Source: a virus (Duplodnaviria; Caudoviricetes). From it: DNA of 64,000 bases. Each line of letters opens with the position of its first letter. Position 1 is the stretch's first letter. Location of the stretch: positions 31,036 through 95,035 of the IMG/VR virus record IMGVR_UViG_3300011008_000025; one strand, given 5' to 3'. The position numbers were made by a program, and so were the translations under genes. The notes under the pieces were generated by a model, which had not been told where the DNA came from, did not search any database, and saw only the letters and a program-made list of their open reading frames with translations. Shown here piece after piece: positions 46,101 to 55,700 of this stretch.

Positions 46101-49100
46101 AGATGACTGATCCGCAGCGTGCGCGTACTGCCGAGATTCTTGGTGGTACACGTCAGCTAAGCATTATTTCGTCGACGATCGCTGCTATTTCTGACGCGGA
46201 GGGCGCACTCAATGACGCAATGAATTCTACCGGTGTGGCCGCAGCAGCTCAGGACCTTTACATGCAGAGCATCACCGGGCATATTCAGCAACTGAGCGCG
46301 GACTTCCAGAAGCTGTCTTATGATCTCTTAAATTCTAATATCGTCAAAAATATTGTTGATGCAGCCGATGCCGCTGTCAAGTTTATAGACAAGATGGCGG
46401 AGGCAAAGGCGATTGTGCCAACGCTTGTTGCTGCCGGCGCAGCTCTTGCTGTGATTGTACAACACGCGAAAGTGTTTGGGTATGCCAAGTATATTGATAT
46501 ACTCAAGGAATCAATAAAAGGTCTTAGTGGGGATGCTCTTGACGCGGCCAAGTCAATGCTTGGTGTGGCCGAGGCAAATAAAAAGGTTGCTGCTACTGCT
46601 ACAGGTCTTACAACTGGCATTGGTCTTGTTGTATCTGTTCTTTCGACGGTTATTGCGGCATATCAAAAATATAAACAAGAGCAAAGAGAGGCTTGGGAGG
46701 CAGGAGTTGAGGCTGGTAAGTCAGCAAAAGATAATGCCGACGAGCTTACTTCTCTTGTTGCTAAATATGAAGAATTAGTTGAGGCCAGAAAAACCGATCT
46801 TGGTGTACAACGCGAATTATACGACGCTCAAAAGCAGTTAAGTGAAGCGCTTGGCAATGAGGGTTTGAGTGTTGACAACCTCGCTAAACGGTATCGTGGT
46901 TTAACAACGTCGAGATTGGCAGACGCTCGAATTGCCGCACAATCTGCTGTATCTGATGCTGAAAGTTTCTTATTTGACGCGACACGGACTAAGAGTAAAA
47001 TAGGGATTACTGTGGGTGTCGGAGATAGCTCGTACGGTATTGTTACTGGCTGGAGCCGTGACAGCGCTGCAACCAATCAAAGCATAATTGAGGCTTTGCG
47101 GTCTGCCGGATTTGCACCATCGTCTGAAACGAGTCGAGGCGCTGCTTTTGATTTTATAGATGAAGATTTGACGACAGTCGATAGCATTCTTCGTGTTTAC
47201 GAACAAGTAGCGCAAATGCGTCGCATCGCTGGCGATATCGATGTAAACTCAAATGTTTTTGAGTCTCTCGATAAGATTTATCGCGGCTTGTCTGATGCTG
47301 TAACACAGTATACAACCACAGTGAGCAATAATAATGAGGTTGTTGCGCAAGAAATTTTATGGCAGCAATCTTTGTCTAATGAGCTACCACAAACAGAGGA
47401 AGAATTCAAAAAATATCGCGCTTCGCTTATTATGAGTGTTGTTGCCGGTGGCAACTACATAAACAATGGCATTGCGATTGGTGATGTGATTGATGCGCTT
47501 TTAAGTAAGGATGATCGTTTTGTACGCTTCTTTGAGGATGGGGCTGATGCGGTAAACGATACAGCAGGCGCTGTCTATAATGCCGCAACCAGTTTTGAAA
47601 AGCTTGATAAATTCAAAGACGCCATTTCGTCTCTCAATGACGCATTTGATGATCTTAGTGCAGATGATAGCACTGGTATTACGTATTCTCACCTAAAAAA
47701 GATCAAAGAAGAGTTCGCTGATGTTGACGGTGTTGATACATATATTGCGCGTCTGTCTGCCGCTGGGACAAATGCAGAGGAAGTTAATAAAATCCTAAAC
47801 GAGCTCGCAACGGCAAAACTTCGGGATGAGGCTGCTACACTTGCTGGGGCTGGCGCTAATGAAGATCTTATTCGTGCGTTACTGGAAGAGGCCGGCGTTA
47901 CAAATGCAGCTGAGACGGCGGCCGATACGCTTGCCGTCGCCGAGGGTAAAGTTGCACTACAAGCCGCTATTGCCAAAGGCAAAATCGATGAGTTTATTGA
48001 TAACCTCCGCAGCGAGGCCGTGTATTCCGACAACGCGAAAAATGAGCTGTATCGTCTGGCCGCTCAAATGATTCTGACGAACCAAACGAATATGGACATG
48101 TCACAGCAGATCAATGAGCTGAAGAAAGTCGCTTTGGCTGCCGGAGTTGCCTCTGTAGCTGTTGCGAGCGTAGTCCAGAGCATAGACAAGCCTGAGATCG
48201 TTAAACCGAGCCAAAGAGGGTTGGTTACAGACTCCGGCACCGGCGGCGGTTCGGCGCTGGACAAGCTATGGGCGCTTATCGACGAACAAACAAGCGGTGG
48301 GACGACGGCCTACGATTTTGCTGATCTGGAAAAAGACAAAACCAGCAGCGGCGGCGGGTCTTCTTCCTCGAAAACAGAGAACGAAACCCGTATTGAAGAG
48401 ATCGTCAAAGAATACGAGAACGCGACCAGTTCCCTGCAATACGAGCTAAATCTGCTGGAACGTCAGTACGAACATCTTGAAGCCAATGGCGATTTGGATG
48501 GCATGAACGCCAACCTCGCTAAACAGGCCGAGCTGCAGCAGCAGTTGAAAGATGCGGCACACAAAACAGCCGATGAGCTTCGTGCGTTTCGGGATGAGGC
48601 TGAGCTGGCCGCCGATGAAGCGGCCGAAGTTGACAAACAGCTCGATGCTCTGAGCAGCGACTGGTATGACGCCGATAAGGACCGCCGGGCGGCGATGAAA
48701 CAGAGCTTTGATAATCAGCTTGAAGCGCTTGAGGACTACATCGACCGCTGCAACGATCTGAATGATTGGGGTGCCGACAACGAGGTGGACGCCCGCAAAC
48801 GGGCGCTTGACCTGCTGGAAGACGCCAATCGTCAGGGCTTGCTGGATTATAAAGACTACTGCGACCAGCACAAGGATATGACCAAAGCGCTGTATGACGC
48901 CGAGATGGACGCTTTGAACGACTATGTGGACGCCATGCAGAAGGCCATCGACAAGCAGAAGGAGTTCCTGGAAGAGCAAAAGGAAGCCGTCGAAAAGGAA
49001 ATGTCCGGCTATGACGCTGTAGTCAACGCCTTGTCCGACCTGATTGACGATGTTACGAGTTCGCTTGAGGATGAAAATTCCGAGCTGGAAAAGCAGAAAG

Positions 49101-50503
49101 AGCTTCAGGAAAAACTCATGGAGCTTGAGCGACTTAAAAACCAGAAGACGCTTCGCATCTATCGTGACGGCGTCGGGTTTGTGTATGAGGCGGATACCGT
49201 GGCGATTCAGGAGGCGCAGGATGCTTATGATGCGCTTGTCGACGACATTAACAACGATGAAGCGCAGAAGCGTCTTGATAAGCTTAAGGAGGCCATCCAA
49301 AACATCACCGGCCGATATGGTCTGGAAAAGGATAAGGCGCTCGCTGCTGCCATTCTCGGGCCCAACTGGGAGAGCAGCTGGTCTGCCTTTATTGCCAAGC
49401 TGGCCACCAATGACGCAGATAGCGAAGCGATTTTCTCCTCCCTACTCGATGAGGTGCAGGACTATACAGACGAATATTCTCTTCTGTCTTCCAAGGTGGA
49501 TGAAGATGTTGAGGGCTCTATTTCCGATCAAATCAAATCTTTGGATGATTTAAGCGACGCATGGGATGACTGGCTGGATGGCGTTAAAGACGCAAATTAT
49601 CAGTATGTCGATGCGTTGGATTATGTCGGGATGGCTGAAATGCAGATTTTCAGTAATAGGTATGATACACTGTCTACTTTTGTAGATGCGTCCGTAGCAA
49701 AGCTGTTGGAATTAAATGCTGCCATGGGCTCCTCCGGAACTTCTCTGAGCGGACTGACTTCGCCGTTTGGTGCGACCATCATGGCGCCCGCCGGCACGAC
49801 ACTCACTGTCTCTGATGATTCATACGAAGGCCGCGTACGTGGCTTATCAGAATTAGCATATAGTGACGGAGCTGCCGTCAGGGCTTATGCGGATGAAAAT
49901 GGTAACATCGGTGCATATTATATTGCTCATGCAAAGTCTGTTGCTCATGGACAGACGGCAGACGCGGCGCTAGCATATCTGGACGCAGGAATTCGCTCTG
50001 GTCAAATTTCTAAAGAGGATGCCGCCAGTGCGCTCAATGAAATTATTGACAGGTCTAGTATCCAGAGCAATCGCGAAAAGTATAGGACGTTTTTACACGC
50101 CATTGAAGATCTGGAAGATGATGATTATGATCGAAAGTGGCGAGAATATGCATCTGGCGGCGTTGTGGATTATACCGGTCCGGCTATTGTACACGGCGCA
50201 ACTTCCAGCGAAGTTATCTTTAATGGCAAAGACGCGAAGAAACTGTATGAGTATGTCCACGCCACACCAGACTTAGTTTCAGCTATGCTTGCCAGGCTTG
50301 GTATTCCGGCAGTCGGCGGTGCTCTTAATATCGGCGCATCGGTCAAACCAAGCCAATATGGCTCGGTTAACGCTGACAGTAACACCATCAGCATCGATAT
50401 AGGTTCTATCATTTTGAACGAGGTTCAGGATGTCAATGGTTTGGCCAAAGCTATCGAAATGGAGCTTCCTGCCGCAATCACACAAATGCTATATAAACGT
50501 TAA
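43106..50503 (+). CDS. tail tape measure protein (TP901-type core), probable ATC start
   Basis: ~2460 aa helical protein; EIDDAMTQLRIVT...FSRLGY core; YASGGVVDYTG C-terminal motif. Confidence 0.92.
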   Translation: MAGQDNIARVTWGVEGGSRVGGATYDLIAKELNEIANKLSEDGRRPRVTFGVANTAEDLQKELTRVVGSKPLQIDVGFTPSSKSAQSVSKYSHDVIESYTKSIQQVSALGNIMMEKQARAQIQAQLDTARRYYDEYDQIINKRPKISDNIKEAKEQFANWAAINTDPDGDWERFVIRMHNGKLALQEVNEAWRSVNQDDPGAIKAFFNEINDAATQVDDRIQELESRLESNDLDTSKYGAKVKEILVSKYGEVINETNAALEANGFEALSVDKILQLNPDEISQYLSSTLGTVMEQVETQVEAQPQQANALRFQADDSPEAIEALRASIQALVSSVNTDSYNLKFVADTSAEGLSAFSESLSAFKELNSGQPIEVKVTTGTSQEAVNELIKSVRTLWQQIQSDQLPIQFKPAEGTLDELRTAIGAALEEAVAVKVRLDGAESVDLSKEQEAFSQLNDAIKAHSDLMGKAELAELSKGDTAIELTKALEEEAEAFKKSADQMREYVKYLDANSQKLTKATQLSDKMRQQLKDQTTASQASEAKRKAETAAIEQQTAALQRENAELENNKLKRQEANALGREKSGQAKAWNTLNNQVADYADTAKLAEKEAEYNSLVDTIHKRNGDLSQAQIAWTNLKKQLDDFRKEARKTTQDVNKANSAQLSNTKLQNKLTDYYHQFERQIKLHPELLARYNTALESLKTDKFNQNTRQAAKEVQDFMVACEEAGINGIHPLQNLIGGFWNKLKFGSLAALAGSVRRLARQVYTNVVEIDDAMTQLRIVTGATGSEMNQFFAKSTDLASKLGKSVKDVLGSIETFSRLGYTLEESSTLAEYANILSNVANVDASAATTGLTSIIKGYNLEVSDSEHIADVLINVGQKYAISASELMDAFERGGAALYASGTEFEKSAALFAASNSAIQNADKVGTAFQTVSARIRKSESELEELGADYEDIANGMSKYRDELKALTNVNGTGGFDIMMDADHYKDIYDIFVGIAEVWDKMTDPQRARTAEILGGTRQLSIISSTIAAISDAEGALNDAMNSTGVAAAAQDLYMQSITGHIQQLSADFQKLSYDLLNSNIVKNIVDAADAAVKFIDKMAEAKAIVPTLVAAGAALAVIVQHAKVFGYAKYIDILKESIKGLSGDALDAAKSMLGVAEANKKVAATATGLTTGIGLVVSVLSTVIAAYQKYKQEQREAWEAGVEAGKSAKDNADELTSLVAKYEELVEARKTDLGVQRELYDAQKQLSEALGNEGLSVDNLAKRYRGLTTSRLADARIAAQSAVSDAESFLFDATRTKSKIGITVGVGDSSYGIVTGWSRDSAATNQSIIEALRSAGFAPSSETSRGAAFDFIDEDLTTVDSILRVYEQVAQMRRIAGDIDVNSNVFESLDKIYRGLSDAVTQYTTTVSNNNEVVAQEILWQQSLSNELPQTEEEFKKYRASLIMSVVAGGNYINNGIAIGDVIDALLSKDDRFVRFFEDGADAVNDTAGAVYNAATSFEKLDKFKDAISSLNDAFDDLSADDSTGITYSHLKKIKEEFADVDGVDTYIARLSAAGTNAEEVNKILNELATAKLRDEAATLAGAGANEDLIRALLEEAGVTNAAETAADTLAVAEGKVALQAAIAKGKIDEFIDNLRSEAVYSDNAKNELYRLAAQMILTNQTNMDMSQQINELKKVALAAGVASVAVASVVQSIDKPEIVKPSQRGLVTDSGTGGGSALDKLWALIDEQTSGGTTAYDFADLEKDKTSSGGGSSSSKTENETRIEEIVKEYENATSSLQYELNLLERQYEHLEANGDLDGMNANLAKQAELQQQLKDAAHKTADELRAFRDEAELAADEAAEVDKQLDALSSDWYDADKDRRAAMKQSFDNQLEALEDYIDRCNDLNDWGADNEVDARKRALDLLEDANRQGLLDYKDYCDQHKDMTKALYDAEMDALNDYVDAMQKAIDKQKEFLEEQKEAVEKEMSGYDAVVNALSDLIDDVTSSLEDENSELEKQKELQEKLMELERLKNQKTLRIYRDGVGFVYEADTVAIQEAQDAYDALVDDINNDEAQKRLDKLKEAIQNITGRYGLEKDKALAAAILGPNWESSWSAFIAKLATNDADSEAIFSSLLDEVQDYTDEYSLLSSKVDEDVEGSISDQIKSLDDLSDAWDDWLDGVKDANYQYVDALDYVGMAEMQIFSNRYDTLSTFVDASVAKLLELNAAMGSSGTSLSGLTSPFGATIMAPAGTTLTVSDDSYEGRVRGLSELAYSDGAAVRAYADENGNIGAYYIAHAKSVAHGQTADAALAYLDAGIRSGQISKEDAASALNEIIDRSSIQSNREKYRTFLHAIEDLEDDDYDRKWREYASGGVVDYTGPAIVHGATSSEVIFNGKDAKKLYEYVHATPDLVSAMLARLGIPAVGGALNIGASVKPSQYGSVNADSNTISIDIGSIILNEVQDVNGLAKAIEMELPAAITQMLYKR

Positions 50504-50553
50504 AACTGGCCGCCCTTATGGGCGGCCTTATGCTATACGAGAGGAGGTGGGCC

Positions 50554-51615
50554 GTGGCAAGCATTCTCATTAAATCCATTACACCGTTTGACGCACTGTA
50601 TGACAACACGATTTCGTTTGTGTATACAGGCAGTCAGATTGTAAAAAACCGTCTGGTTATCAAAAGCAATGCGACAGGCGAGACTGTTTATGACCAGGAA
50701 ATTTCGTCTTATGTAGCCAGTCACACCATACCATCCGGGACGCTGCAGAACGGATCGTACTATACCTGTACAGTCACAGCTTATTGGCTGGTATCTGATC
50801 AGACCTATGACAGCATTACCAGTCAATCCGCCAGCTTCTTATGCCTGACGACTCCGACGTGGTACTTTGACGGGGTGTCGTCCGGGTCGATCTTGAGCTC
50901 CTCTACGCTGTCGGCGCGGCTTACTTATGAACAGGCAGAGGGCGAGCTGCTCAACGAATATGAGGTGCTTTTGTACAGTTATACTGGCGTGCAGCTTTTT
51001 TCAACTGGCGCTTTATATGACAGAACGTACGCGGCAACGATCAGTGGGCTGGACGACAATACGTCATATTATTTGCGGGCAGTTGGACAAACCGTCAATG
51101 GTATGTCCGTCGATACCGGCAGGATTGCTGTTGCAACTCATTTTGATACCTTATATGGCGGCGGGCTTCTGAGCCTGGTTAACCAATATGACAAGGGATA
51201 TATCGATGTCACGTCAACCATCGCAGCCGTGGATGGCGAGGCATCTGGCACGGTTGTCTATCTTGATGACAAGGAAGCTGATCTGCGTAACGGAACAAAC
51301 GTGTTGTTTTCCGGTGTTAATATTACCGGGGAATTTACATGCACTGCTTATGTGCGTGATCCAGTGCTCAATCAAAACGTATTGTCATTTTTGAATGGGC
51401 AGACGCCGGCGTACAAAGTTTATTTTCGCAGTGACGGCAACGACCCGCATTTACTGCTTTGGGCCGAGGTCCGGCAAGAAGGAACCTATTCAACAAGTGT
51501 GTATCTCAGTGACCCCATCGCCTATCCAGACGCTGATACGCCGCTCTATTTATATATCGCTCAAACTGACGGCGTCTTAGATGTTGTGCTGCAAACAGCG
51601 GAGGTGGATAGTTGA
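50554..51615 (+). CDS. baseplate/distal tail protein with FN3-like domains
   Basis: Position after the tape measure gene; LQNG.YY and GLDDNT.YY motifs. Confidence 0.65.
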   Translation: MASILIKSITPFDALYDNTISFVYTGSQIVKNRLVIKSNATGETVYDQEISSYVASHTIPSGTLQNGSYYTCTVTAYWLVSDQTYDSITSQSASFLCLTTPTWYFDGVSSGSILSSSTLSARLTYEQAEGELLNEYEVLLYSYTGVQLFSTGALYDRTYAATISGLDDNTSYYLRAVGQTVNGMSVDTGRIAVATHFDTLYGGGLLSLVNQYDKGYIDVTSTIAAVDGEASGTVVYLDDKEADLRNGTNVLFSGVNITGEFTCTAYVRDPVLNQNVLSFLNGQTPAYKVYFRSDGNDPHLLLWAEVRQEGTYSTSVYLSDPIAYPDADTPLYLYIAQTDGVLDVVLQTAEVDS

Positions 51616-51616
51616 T

Positions 51617-52723
51617 ATGATTTTTCTTGGTTATAGCTTTGCTGGATACACAGACTCGCAGAGTCGTTCGCGCGTTGCGTCAGAGAGCGTGACCGATGTG
51701 ACGGCCGCCTATGCTGTCTTTGACGATTTGCATATATTGCGTCAGATCACCGAACCGGATCAGAGCATTGAGCTTGCATGGGACCCCTATACCCTGCTGT
51801 TTTGTGAGTTTAATGGTTCTCTGCTGGCCGGCAATGTGGATTACTATTTGGAAAGTGTAGATATGGTGCGGCTCAAGCGGCGCAAAGAGGGCGAGCTGGA
51901 GTGGATGACCATCTGGCAGCAGCCGGTCTATGAGGCATCGGATCTATCCTTCCATTTTCTTGATTTTACTGCGCGTGCCGGACAGGCATATGAATATGTT
52001 TGCGTTCCGGTCTGCGGCGGCGTTGAGGGTGAAGCCGAATCGTTCAAGATCACATCGGAGTTTGACGGCTTGGTGATTGCAGATGGCGCTGTCGCCTTCG
52101 GGTCACAGTTTGACGCGGAGGTCACACAAACACGCAACAGCCCCGCAACCGTGGTCAATACGATCAATCGCCGATATCCATATGTGATCCGCAACAGCGC
52201 AAACAATTATGATAGCGGCACGGCCGTCGCCTTCTTTGCGGAATACGACCGGGATATCGATGATGTTGACACGGATACTGCGTGGGACCACCGAAGCGAG
52301 CTCAAGGACTTTTTAGTGTCCGGCACGCCTAAAATTCTGAAGTTCCGTGACGGTCGGATGTGGCTTGTCTCGATTTCCTCGTCTCAAATCACAGATGAAA
52401 AAGCCGGGCATGACGATTTGGTTCATACCTCTTTTGAGTGGACCGAGATCGGCGACTGTGATAGCAGCGACGATCTGTATAATGCCAACATTCTGACGTA
52501 TGCCATATCGGACGGCAGCGAATCGGCGATTTGGTCCAATTTTGATATTGATGAAAATGGACATCTGATTGCCACATACGACGCAGCTGATGATTTTGTC
52601 AACCGCGTCTCTGTAGGAGCGTCAGCCAGCGGCCATCTGACGATCGTCAACAACCAGCAGCTTAGAGACACCGTTTTCTCATTAACTAACAGTGGTAATT
52701 TGGAGGTAGAATATGTCGGTTAA
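51617..52723 (+). CDS. distal tail/baseplate protein
   Basis: RYPYVI.N...NY.SG, PKILK..DGR.WLV and FEWTEIGD motifs. Confidence 0.7.
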   Translation: MIFLGYSFAGYTDSQSRSRVASESVTDVTAAYAVFDDLHILRQITEPDQSIELAWDPYTLLFCEFNGSLLAGNVDYYLESVDMVRLKRRKEGELEWMTIWQQPVYEASDLSFHFLDFTARAGQAYEYVCVPVCGGVEGEAESFKITSEFDGLVIADGAVAFGSQFDAEVTQTRNSPATVVNTINRRYPYVIRNSANNYDSGTAVAFFAEYDRDIDDVDTDTAWDHRSELKDFLVSGTPKILKFRDGRMWLVSISSSQITDEKAGHDDLVHTSFEWTEIGDCDSSDDLYNANILTYAISDGSESAIWSNFDIDENGHLIATYDAADDFVNRVSVGASASGHLTIVNNQQLRDTVFSLTNSGNLEVEYVG

Positions 52724-55700
52724 AGATCTGGGACGGGCAATCCCGTTGCATAAAGGCTCATATGATAACGACACCACATATGAGCTGAATGATCTTGTTG
52801 ATTATCAGGATAGTACGTATTGGCATATTGGCAGTACCGCGACGCAGGGTGTGAAGCCGACCAACACCAATACGTGGAGACTTGTTATTCTGGATGGTAC
52901 CGCAGCCCGCACCTATGCATCCGAGGCAGAGGCCGCCGCTCAGATGGCGCAGAGTGCGAGCGCTCTGGCCCAGGTACACGTTGGCGCTCCCCTTACCGCG
53001 TCAACGGTCTCAGCTATGACGGATACGTCACGTATCTATGTGTACGTTGGGTCTGAAAGCGGTTATACCAACGGTGACTGGTATTATTATAACGGATTGA
53101 CATGGGTGTCCGGCGGCGTCTACAATTCGACGGCGTTTGTAACAGACACAACGTTGCTGCTGGAGGGGGCGGCAGCGGATGCCAAAACGACAGGTGATAC
53201 CATCAGGCTGAGCACGTCCGGCATGATCGGGTCTGACGTTATTGAGTGGGAGGTCGGCGGCATCAATGCATCCGGGGCAAATCTCTCAAGCAGCTCCAGA
53301 CTCAGGACTACGGATTACATTCCGGAGAATATCACCCGGCTCTATGTGCCGAGCGGCGATTATGAGTTTGCAGTGTATGCCTATGACGAGAATGACACCT
53401 TTGTCGGTTCGTGGACTGGGTGGGATCTGGTGTCTGGCGTTACTGCGAGTTTTCATACCAGCGTATCGCTGGCTGAGCTTGGCGACTACAGCTTTCGCAT
53501 CGTGCTGCGTGACAAGGCGGATACGACCGCAGCGCTTGTGATTACAGATGCCGACAATATCGTCATGTATGCCACGAATGCAGACGAATCGCTGTCGATT
53601 GCCGGAGCATACGCCGATGCCAAAATGACCGGGGATGCGATTCAACGCGGTCAATACGCGGAAGAGCATATCCGGCAAAATATGTTCAGCGTCGAGCGTT
53701 CACCCAGCACATCCAGCGGGTTATTTACGCTTACAGACAAATCGCTCAATATTATAACCGGTCTTTTGACTAGCACGTCTGCTACTCTCGGTTGTCACAC
53801 CAACTGCATCTCTGTATCCGGCGACTGCTGCGCCACGCTCGGTCTCGCGGATTATGTGTGGACATGCTTCAGTTATAAAGGCGGAGAGATCGCGTCCAGC
53901 TCTGAACCGACGAATCAAACAGAAGGTCAGTATGTCAGCGGTTCCAATCCCATTTATGTGACGCTGGATGATGACTACACACATATCGCGATCGGCTTCC
54001 GACGCGTTGATATGGCGGCTATGACGACGGACCTGACCGATATGAGCAGTGATTACTACAGAATCCAGCATGCCCTGCATGTGTGGATCAAGGCGACGCC
54101 TGACACAACGCTGACGTTGAGTGGAGAGGCCGCTGACGCTAAGGTAGCCGGGGATGCGATTGCGGCCTTGAATGATACAGTACGATACACGATCGATATT
54201 TCTAATTTCAGTTGGTCATATGGTGGCGTGGCTGCCAACGGCAAAAATCTGAGCTATGACACAAGGCTGCGCCTGCTTGGGCAGAATGGTAGTGGCGGTA
54301 TTACGGTCAGCGCCGGCAGTAGTATTAGCGCCAACAGCGGTTATAAATTCTGCGTTGCTCTGTACAGCGCATATCAAGACGCCAGCAATAACACACTGAT
54401 TGATTATCGTAGCATGGGCGCTGGCAGTTATACGATCTCGGAGGATTGTATTATACGCATTGCCATCGGTACGACCGGCGACGATGTGTTGTGGACAGAG
54501 GACGGCGAAGGGGTAAGAACGCTGACCGCAGAAGGAGTTGCTGCCGCAGAAAATGCGCTGACACTGAATTTGTACGGCGGGACGGTTAAACAGGAAATTG
54601 AGAACCTGAAGGCTGGTACGGAGGAAGCCTCCCGCGTATTAGAGCTGTCGGATGAGATACCACTGAATGCCGTCGACTATCATGCGCTGTGGGATAATAT
54701 GGTCGGCAGCGGCTATGTTGACCGTGAGTTGCTGGCCAATATTAACGATGATGAGACGTTGCCGATGTATCTATATACCATGCGCAGCTTCCCGCATCAT
54801 ATGGCCTCTAACTACGATCTGGTGGCTTACAGCGCGTTTAATACGAGCAGCGTGGCTAACGCATGGCGTACCAGCGTTGATTTGAGTGAGATTGGTGATT
54901 ATCAATTTAAGGTTGTACTAAACTCTACGGATGGCGAAACTGCCATGAATACAACTATGTCGGATAGTCTAAAATTCATGGACAAAAACGGAAATGATGT
55001 GGTTGTTGACGGTTGGGAGCTCGGAACATTTGTGGCAAAAACCGGAGCAACCTCGGCAAGCTCCAAACGCATTCGCACAACAGACTATCTGCCATCCGAA
55101 GTGGCCACAATTACACTAACGTCTGCAAGCTATAAATTTGCTATATATGCATGGACGCAAGATAACGATTATCTGGGTATTTGGGCCCGAGACAACCGTT
55201 TATACCAAAAACCGAAAGCTTTGATTACAGCCGGCATTCATGGCTGCGAGCGGGCTATGCCGGTGGTGGCATGGGATTTTGCCCGCCACCTTGCAACAGA
55301 CAGAGAGTATCAGACGCTGCGCGACACATTTGACTGGTATTTTATCCCGCTGTGCAACCCGTGGGGGTTTGGGCACACGGCCATTCTGACTTCGACGATC
55401 GGGGATACAAAACCGACCTATGGCATAACGTCATATACGAAAGATACAGCGGAGGATTATACCGTCGAAGATAATACCAGCACGATGCATTACGGCATTC
55501 GTCGCAATCTGGCCGGGTATGATTGCAACCGGGATTTTTATGATGAGGACTACGTGTATTCCGGCCTTACATATGGGTTTAAGACGCAGGAAGCGCAACT
55601 GATCAAATCAACAATCGATCGGCTGACAGCCGATGGCGTGGATTTTGCTTTCGCGATCGATTGCCATCAGGCCCAGTGCAGCGAGACAGCGAGCACGACC

